Under the pieces are notes generated by a model. It had not been told where the DNA came from, ran no database searches, and saw nothing but the letters and a program-made list of their open reading frames with translations. From an uncultured virus (IMG/VR IMGVR_UViG_3300042447_000416) (lineage: Duplodnaviria > Heunggongvirae > Uroviricota > Caudoviricetes): a stretch of DNA of 64,000 bases. Each line of letters begins with the position of its first letter. The stretch's first letter is position 1. The DNA lies in the IMG/VR virus record IMGVR_UViG_3300042447_000416. The stretch is one strand, 5' to 3'. Below are positions 57,683 through 64,000 of the stretch, one piece after another. A program made the position numbers and the translations under genes.

Positions 57683-58388
57683 ACGAGTTTTTGCCAGTTT
57701 TTTCATCTTCTACTAACCATCTGGCTCGTGCTTCAAAAAATTCTTGTCTGTGAGCATGATCATTATAATCAAGCATTGTTACAATAGAAAACTTCATGCC
57801 ATCTTCTACTGGCATTGCTCTATGCGAAAATAGATAGGTAGATGGGAAAATATATAAATCGCCAGCTCTTGGCTTAATGTTTAGACCTAATTTAGGAAAA
57901 AATAAATTGCCTCCTGCATAATCGTCATTTACATAAGCAACTAATGATACTGTGGCACTATATGAAAATCCGTGGTCGGCATGCTCTTGGAAGTGTTGTC
58001 CTTTGCCGTATCTAATACAGTTCATAACTTCCCAATAATTCATCTTTACACTATATTTAGTACAATAATCTTGAACTGCTACATCCTGTGCTTTTTTTAA
58101 ATCAGACCATAAATCTGCAACTAGTTTCTGGGTTTCATTGACTGGATTAATTATCTCTCCAATTTTAATATCTTCACAGTCTCTATATGATGGTCTTTTT
58201 TCACTATACCCAACAAAACCAAATGTCCAACTGTATCTGGAATCTGCCTCTTTATCAGCAGAATTTCCTATTGCGTTTAATCTATTAATAACGTCTAAAT
58301 CTTTTTTAATTACATCTCTGTATACCCACACGCCTGGGAAAAGCTCTTCCTTTGAAGAAAATCCATATTGGTCATTTATAGTAGTCAT
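57675..58388 (-). CDS. 2OG-Fe(II) oxygenase (P4H-like), probably leaderless
   Basis: RYGKGQHFQEHAD, YAGGNL, HRA, KFS; TGATACAAT-6 nt-ATG. Confidence 0.88.
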   Translation of the reverse strand: MTTINDQYGFSSKEELFPGVWVYRDVIKKDLDVINRLNAIGNSADKEADSRYSWTFGFVGYSEKRPSYRDCEDIKIGEIINPVNETQKLVADLWSDLKKAQDVAVQDYCTKYSVKMNYWEVMNCIRYGKGQHFQEHADHGFSYSATVSLVAYVNDDYAGGNLFFPKLGLNIKPRAGDLYIFPSTYLFSHRAMPVEDGMKFSIVTMLDYNDHAHRQEFFEARARWLVEDEKTGKNSYA

Positions 58389-58427
58389 GCCTTTATTGTA
58401 TCATTTTGAATTTACAAATACAATAGC

Positions 58428-58462
58428 AAAAAGAGGGGGGCATTGTGTGCCACCCCTCTTTT
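58428..58462. terminator. Intrinsic terminator
   Basis: AAAAGAGGGG...CCCCTCTTTT. Confidence 0.75.
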
Positions 58463-58470
58463 ATAGATAT

Positions 58471-59676
58471 TTAAGCTATTACTAGGAAGGAATTAACGAT
58501 AAACCATGGATTTGGAGATGTTCTAACATCGTACACGGTAGATTCTGTTTCACTCTTTTCAACTGAGGTTACTGGAGTTCCTTGGACTAGTCCATTTGAA
58601 TCTACTCCTATGATTATTTCTCCTATCTCAATTTCTCCTGCATTCTTATAGGTAATACCATTTGAGGTTTTTACAAATAACGGCTGGGTTTCTGAGTAGT
58701 CTTTACCTCTGTAATTAAATCCAATTAGCTTTCCAGTTTTTTCTGTTATTGAAATAACTTCTGAATTTGTAAGCTTAACTGTTGATTCTAAATGTCCAGA
58801 TGTTTTATTTGCGGTTATAGATTCAAGATTAATATTAGAGTTATCAACTGTTATTACTTGATCTCCAATTTTAATATCTTTAGCTTTTACCCATCCAGTA
58901 TTGGTGAAAATAACTGATTCTGGTGATAAACACTTACCCTTAAATCCTGGTGGGGAAAAGAACCCTGGTGGGGCAAAGAACCCTGGTGGGGCAAAGAACC
59001 CTGGTGGGGCAAAGAACCCTGGTGGGGCAAAGAACCCTGGTGGAAAGAACGGTGGAAAGAACGGTGGAAAGAACGGTGCTTGAGTTGTAATTTCCGCTGT
59101 ATTTGCTGAAGCTGCTGACCGACCATTAGCATTATCTGCATAAACATTATAATACTGAGATGTATTAGCAGTATCATTGATGGTTATACTTAGGGATGCT
59201 GTATTTCCATTTGTTCCATCATTACCTGCAACATAGTAGTTAGTTATTGCGGATCCACCATTTGCTGGCTCTGTCCAAGTAATTGTGTTTTGGTTAACTC
59301 CTGCAGTTGCGATTGGGCTTTGTGGAGCTTGAGGTACGGTTGTTGCAGTAATGCTATTTGAGGCAGCAGATGCTGCACCAGTTCCTACTGCATTTGTTCC
59401 CGTTACCGTAAATGTATATGCTGTATTTGATTGTAAACCAGTTACAGATATTGGAGAAGATGCTCCTGAAGCAGTATACGATCCTGGAGAGGATGTTACT
59501 GTAAAGGATGTAGCAGCAGGTGAATTTGCTGGCAAAGAGAACGTTACGTCGGCCCGTCCATTGTTATATGCACGACCAGATGGTACGTTTGTTGCTGTTA
59601 CTGACTCTGGTGCCCGTGGCTCCAAAAAGTCATTTGATGCCTGTGCCTTTTTACCGAATTTCTTACCTACTGCCAT
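58471..59676 (-). CDS. Two FN3 domains, Pro/Phe-rich repeat and C-terminal Hint domain
   Basis: GLQSNTAYTFTV, W..P..GGSAIT.Y; (PPGFFA)n; CLSPESVIFT...IKIGDQV...VYDVRT...FIVN. Confidence 0.85.
   Translation of the reverse strand: MAVGKKFGKKAQASNDFLEPRAPESVTATNVPSGRAYNNGRADVTFSLPANSPAATSFTVTSSPGSYTASGASSPISVTGLQSNTAYTFTVTGTNAVGTGAASAASNSITATTVPQAPQSPIATAGVNQNTITWTEPANGGSAITNYYVAGNDGTNGNTASLSITINDTANTSQYYNVYADNANGRSAASANTAEITTQAPFFPPFFPPFFPPGFFAPPGFFAPPGFFAPPGFFAPPGFFSPPGFKGKCLSPESVIFTNTGWVKAKDIKIGDQVITVDNSNINLESITANKTSGHLESTVKLTNSEVISITEKTGKLIGFNYRGKDYSETQPLFVKTSNGITYKNAGEIEIGEIIIGVDSNGLVQGTPVTSVEKSETESTVYDVRTSPNPWFIVNSFLVIA
58946..59078. repeat. Coding tandem repeat of 18-bp and 12-bp units
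   Basis: ccctggtggggcaaagaa x4 exact plus a variant; ggtggaaagaac x3. Confidence 0.95.
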
Positions 59677-59709
59677 TTTGAATCTCCTTTTTAACTATTT
59701 AAATTTGTA

Positions 59710-61545
59710 TTACGCCATCAAGTCGCCGTAGACAACCCATGTATTTGCTGCTCTCTTAAAGAGAGTACAAGATGACCAGGTTGTACGAAGCTTTAGGCCA
59801 GGTGTTGCGTTAACTGTAACTGTTCCTGATACTGGGGCAATTGTTACTTGTCCAGCTCCAGTTTGAAGAATATCAATAGATGTTCCGATTGGGAAGTCTA
59901 GAGTTGCGTCTTCTGGTATTGTTAAGGTTAGAGGTGATCCTGATCCCATTTCGATTAGATCATCTCTTTCAGTTAGTGATGAAAGTGTATATGATGCTGT
60001 TTTTGCAACGATTGGTGTTAAAGAATCTACCTTTAATCCAAGGCTGGTTGTTACTGATGCTGCAAAGTTTGCGTCATCTCCAAGTGCTTGAGCAAGTTCA
60101 TCAAGTGTATTCATTGCTGCTGGTGCACCAGATATAAGTGCGCTTACCTGTGATGTTGCGTCTGCAATTGCTTCAGATTTTGCTGTTGCGATTGCTGAAG
60201 ACTGTGCTGTTGATACTGGCTTATTAGCATCAGAAGTATTGTCAACATTTCCAAGTCCAAGTGTTGCTGGTGTTACTGCTGCAACCTCTGACTTAAGTGC
60301 TAGAAGTGCTGTATCTGCAATTCCATGAACATTTGTAGTGTCTGCTTCATGGGCTGAAAGAGCGGTAGCTGCTGCTGTAATTTGTGTTTGAACTGATGAT
60401 GTAACTCCATCTAGGTATCCAATTTCTGTTGAAGAAACTGTACCAATTGATGTTGTACTTGGAAGAGTTACTGTACCAGTAAATGTTGGTGAGGCCAAAT
60501 CTGATTTAGCTGCAAGAGATGCACCTAGTCCAGAAATTTTGTCTTGGTGAATTGCTGCAGTAGCACTTACATGATCATTTGTAATTTGAAGATCTGCAAT
60601 TTTTTCTGCAGTTATTGCATCAACTGCAATTTTATCTGCAGTTACTGCACCATTTAGAATTTTTACTGTAGATATTGCATCGGTTGCTAAATCTGCTGTT
60701 TCTACAGAGCCTGCAGGAAGTGTTACTGATCCTGTTACTGTTAAGTTAGTTAAGCCGATATCTGTTGCTGTAAGGTTTCTAAGCTCAAGATCATCTAGGC
60801 CTCCTTGGCTAAAATTAATTGTAGTGGTTGGTGCATCGGTTACTCCTGTAAAGAGTTTCCATTTATTAGCAGATGCATCTCTTGCAAATCCTGTGTGATT
60901 AGCAACTCCATCATTGTGTTTAGCTACAAATCCTAGATCTAAAGCATTTCCTGCGTTGGTTGATGCTAATGCAATTAGTGGATCTTCTGTTGTAAAGTTA
61001 GCTGTATCTAATGTTACAGTTGTTCCATTAACAAAAAGATTTCCAGCTAATGTTAAATTTTCTCCTGATATGCTTCCACTTGTTGAAATATCTGTTGCTA
61101 GTCCTGTTAGCTTTAATTGTGCCTCTGGAACCTTAATGTTTCCATCAAGTGAAGCAACACCATTTGCTGATCCACGATCTGAATTCTCTAAGTATGTGCT
61201 TGCTGTTGAATTTGTAAGTCCAGTTACTGCTGCATCAACATAGGCTACTGTTGCTACTACTGCTGAATCTACAGAAATTGTAATTGTATTTGCGCCATCA
61301 TTATAAGTCTTTGTTAAACCTGCACCCATTGTAAGTGCTGTATTGATTGCGTCTTGTGAAATTTCTCCAATTTCAGGTGCATCTGCTGCTACGTAAGAAA
61401 GGGAATTCCATGCGGTGGATCCATCTCCAACTTTAATTTTTCTAGTGTTTGTTTCAACGCCTAGCTCTCCTGCTGCAAGTATTGGATTTACTCCAGACCA
61501 GTCTGTTGCTGATCCTCTTCGAACTTGAATTCTTACTGTTGACAT
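59710..61545 (-). CDS. Fibre-like virion protein with Mtd_N-like N-terminus
   Basis: RIQVRRG...W...NPILAAGELGVET...KVGDG..AWNSL; GLGNVDNTSD.NKP; LDELAQAL.DD. Confidence 0.8.
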   Translation of the reverse strand: MSTVRIQVRRGSATDWSGVNPILAAGELGVETNTRKIKVGDGSTAWNSLSYVAADAPEIGEISQDAINTALTMGAGLTKTYNDGANTITISVDSAVVATVAYVDAAVTGLTNSTASTYLENSDRGSANGVASLDGNIKVPEAQLKLTGLATDISTSGSISGENLTLAGNLFVNGTTVTLDTANFTTEDPLIALASTNAGNALDLGFVAKHNDGVANHTGFARDASANKWKLFTGVTDAPTTTINFSQGGLDDLELRNLTATDIGLTNLTVTGSVTLPAGSVETADLATDAISTVKILNGAVTADKIAVDAITAEKIADLQITNDHVSATAAIHQDKISGLGASLAAKSDLASPTFTGTVTLPSTTSIGTVSSTEIGYLDGVTSSVQTQITAAATALSAHEADTTNVHGIADTALLALKSEVAAVTPATLGLGNVDNTSDANKPVSTAQSSAIATAKSEAIADATSQVSALISGAPAAMNTLDELAQALGDDANFAASVTTSLGLKVDSLTPIVAKTASYTLSSLTERDDLIEMGSGSPLTLTIPEDATLDFPIGTSIDILQTGAGQVTIAPVSGTVTVNATPGLKLRTTWSSCTLFKRAANTWVVYGDLMA

Positions 61546-61593
61546 TTTTTCTCCCTTTGTTACTTTATATTAGATTATTATACCATTATTTAT

Positions 61594-62127
61594 TTATACT
61601 AAAGTGCCTGAATCAAAAGTTAATTCGTACACTAAAGTGTCTGGGTATCCACCATTTGCATATTTATTTGCCGATGTTGAAACCCCGTTGCCTTGAACTG
61701 TATATACTGGTTGACCATTGTAATCAATTGCAAGACCTATATCCATGAAGCTTATATCTGGGGTTGCTTCCCAGTCTACGTTTCCAGAATCAAAAACCAT
61801 TCCATAAGTTGGAGTTGATGGGCTTCCGCCATCAGCAAATTTAGTTGCTGTTGTAGATACCCCATTAGCTTGAATTGTATAGATTGGCTCACCATTGTAA
61901 TCAATTGCAAGACCTACGTCCATTAAATTGATCATTGTGTTTTCGTCTGGAACTTCTGAATTTAAAGCTATTGGCATCCATTGGCCATTTAGCTGAATTT
62001 GTAATTTGTTTGTTACGGTATCAAATCTTAAGGGAGTAGACCCTAATACAACATTAGACTCAAACGTAGCAGTGCCTGCGACATTTAGTCCATTCTTAAC
62101 TCTAAAATTCTTATTTACTGTTGCCAT
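61594..62127 (-). CDS. Virion-associated protein with duplicated C-terminal module
   Basis: KNFRVKNGL N-terminus; MD.GLAIDYNG...FDSG twice. Confidence 0.65.
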   Translation of the reverse strand: MATVNKNFRVKNGLNVAGTATFESNVVLGSTPLRFDTVTNKLQIQLNGQWMPIALNSEVPDENTMINLMDVGLAIDYNGEPIYTIQANGVSTTATKFADGGSPSTPTYGMVFDSGNVDWEATPDISFMDIGLAIDYNGQPVYTVQGNGVSTSANKYANGGYPDTLVYELTFDSGTLV

Positions 62128-62196
62128 TTAAGTTCACATATCCCCTAAGTGTTTTTTGTGGGGAGATTTCAGGCTCTCCCCAGGCCGTTTATTTAA

Positions 62197-63351
62197 TTAT
62201 TTAAGAAGTGTTCCAGATACTTTAACTGTTGAGTTATCTACTGGAGTTACTCTTATTCGTACATTTGAACCTGATACGTCTGCTGTGATAGTTCCTCTTG
62301 ATCCATTAGTTCCGACAATTGCATATTCTGTAACTGCTACATTGTCTGACGAGTCTAGTGTTATTAGAACCTCTGATACTTCATTGTGTGTTGCGTTGTC
62401 AATTTTAACAAGAACTTTGGCTGAGCGGTAGTCTGCCTTTGCCCACTCATAAGCTGTTCCAGCAACTGATGCTGTTCCAGATGATGAAGCTGCAAATTGC
62501 TTAGCTTGATCATTTACGTTTAATGCTGTAAATGCTGTTGTTCCGTTTTGCTGTGCTGTATTAGCGGCTGCTGCTGTTGCTTCTGCTGCTGCTTGCGCTG
62601 CGTTGGCCTTAGTTGTTGCGTCTGCTGCTGCAGTTGATACTGAAGCTGCGTCGCCTGATACTCTAAGTGCTGCTTCTGCTGCTATGTCTGTAGCAACTTG
62701 GGCTGAGGTAGCTTTTGTTGCAAGAGCTGTTGTAATAGTTGTTGTGTAATTAGCATCATCATTAATTGCTGCTGCTAATTCATTTAATGTATTAAGAAGG
62801 TCTGGTGCGCCATCTACTAATGTGCTTACTGCGCCAGAAATTGCTGTGTTACGATTTGAAACCTCTGTTGATATTGCAGATGAAAGAGCGGCTGCTGCTG
62901 TTGCTTCTGCTGCTGCTTGCGCTGCGTTAGCCTTTGTAGTTGCGTCTGCTGCTGCTGTAGCTACTGAAGCTGCGTCTCCTGATACTCTAAGTGCTGCTTC
63001 TGCTGCTACCTTAGTAGTTGCATCTGTTGCTGCAGCTGTAATTGCTGCAGATTGCGCTGCGTTAGCCTTTGTAGTTGCATCTGATGATGCTGCAGAAATT
63101 GCTGCAGACTGAGCAGATGAAGCTGATCCATAAGCGTCAAATACGTTAGCCTTTACTGTAAGATTGCCTGCACCATCGACTGCAAATGTTCCTGCGTCTA
63201 CGGATTTTACAAGAGTAGCACCGCCAACAAGGTTGAGGATGTAAGCATTTCCGCCTGTTTCTGTAAGTATATTTTGACCATTGATTGTACCTGTAGCACC
63301 CTCAACTATAAGGCCTGATTTAATTCTAAAGTTTTTTACTACTGTTGCCAT
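62197..63351 (-). CDS. Ala-rich coiled-coil fibre-like protein
   Basis: DATTKANAAQ repeats, LNTLNELAAAI.DD, C-terminal YRSAK beta domain. Confidence 0.75.
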   Translation of the reverse strand: MATVVKNFRIKSGLIVEGATGTINGQNILTETGGNAYILNLVGGATLVKSVDAGTFAVDGAGNLTVKANVFDAYGSASSAQSAAISAASSDATTKANAAQSAAITAAATDATTKVAAEAALRVSGDAASVATAAADATTKANAAQAAAEATAAAALSSAISTEVSNRNTAISGAVSTLVDGAPDLLNTLNELAAAINDDANYTTTITTALATKATSAQVATDIAAEAALRVSGDAASVSTAAADATTKANAAQAAAEATAAAANTAQQNGTTAFTALNVNDQAKQFAASSSGTASVAGTAYEWAKADYRSAKVLVKIDNATHNEVSEVLITLDSSDNVAVTEYAIVGTNGSRGTITADVSGSNVRIRVTPVDNSTVKVSGTLLK

Positions 63352-63381
63352 TTTATATGACTCCTCTTATTGCTTTTTTTG

Positions 63382-63939
63382 TTATGCTTTAAGCGTTGTT
63401 CTGATATATCTTACTGAGATAGAACCAGAAACAGGGGTGACTCTTAAACTAATTATACCTGAGTTTTCTTCAAAGGTATAAGAAAATAAACTAGTGTTTG
63501 TGTTTGAGATAATGTTTGATTCTGAAACCATTATGTCTGTTCCGTTATGAGAAACAAGAATTTCTGATGTATAAACATCGGAATTTTTTGTCACCTGAAT
63601 GTTATATTTAGCTGTTCTCCATACGCTCTTTGAAAAAGAGTCTACGTTTGTAGCGTTTTCAATACCATAGACTGCAAGGTCATTGTTGCCTTCTAATCCA
63701 AGAAGCTCTATAACGTTGTCTGTGCTATTGTCTAAATTGATTAACGTAGTTTCAATAGTAGATACTTTGTACGTCAGTGATGCAGGATCTGTTGAACCGT
63801 TTACACCAACTTTTGTTTCTAATGCTTCAATGGCATCATTTGCATTTATATGTTGCTGCGAATGAGATGGTGATGATAGCTCGTCGGAAGAATTAGGATT
63901 AACTAATTGATCTAAGCTAGATGGATAATTGGTGGCCAA
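63382..63939 (-). CDS. Virion-associated protein
   Basis: TNYPSSLD...NDAIEALE.KVG; C-terminal domain resembles that of 62197-63351. Confidence 0.65.
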   Translation of the reverse strand: MATNYPSSLDQLVNPNSSDELSSPSHSQQHINANDAIEALETKVGVNGSTDPASLTYKVSTIETTLINLDNSTDNVIELLGLEGNNDLAVYGIENATNVDSFSKSVWRTAKYNIQVTKNSDVYTSEILVSHNGTDIMVSESNIISNTNTSLFSYTFEENSGIISLRVTPVSGSISVRYIRTTLKA

Positions 63940-64000
63940 TTGACTACCCCCTATGTGTAATTATGTTGCTTAGATAATTATACCTTATTATTTTTTACAA

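Noticed and set aside
58946..59078. Possible CRISPR array
   Set aside because: Units are contiguous with no spacers, in frame within a CDS, and there is no cas operon.
59710..61545. Diversity-generating retroelement suggested by the Mtd_N-like domain
   Set aside because: No reverse transcriptase and no adenine-specific TR/VR pair seen; nearby repeats differ at all bases.
441..63865. All plus-strand ORFs and nested short minus-strand ORFs in the track
   Set aside because: They are shadows of well-supported minus-strand genes, with no recognisable motifs.
1..64000. Stop-codon reassignment or prophage boundary
   Set aside because: Genes are full length and tightly coupled with all three stop codons in use; no integrase, att site or host genes are seen.

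Overview
A 64-kb segment of a large, AT-rich tailed dsDNA phage. The long tape measure, tail tube and absence of a sheath point to a siphovirus type. Every credible gene is on the minus strand, so transcription runs from high to low coordinates. In that order: accessory virion/fibre proteins (63.9-58.5 kb); five 2OG-Fe(II) prolyl-hydroxylase-like oxygenases plus a DUF6065-like gene (58.4-54.0 kb); a collagen-like S74 fibre and a LamG protein; head genes; neck and tail genes with a -1 frameshift tail chaperone and a 2499-aa tape measure; a replication/recombination block (DnaB, DnaG, SSB, DnaE, RecA, resolvases, Cas4-like); terminase; two tRNAs; and an accessory region (Dps-like, methyltransferase, IMPDH/GMPR, SNase, Hsp20, APS-kinase fusion, exported FN3 protein). 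The layout, sigmaA-type promoters and frequent leaderless starts suggest a low-GC actinobacterial host (inference). Best candidate for a new system: an FN3 protein carrying a Pro/Phe-rich tandem repeat fused to a C-terminal Hint domain, directly upstream of the oxygenase/DUF6065 battery, resembling a phage-encoded peptide tailoring and autoprocessing module. Other notable signals: a covarying pseudoknot RNA motif present twice, a structured non-coding leader, a ROSE-like thermometer, a possible cobalamin module and a degenerate Dps. All calls come from reading motifs by eye; no searches were run.
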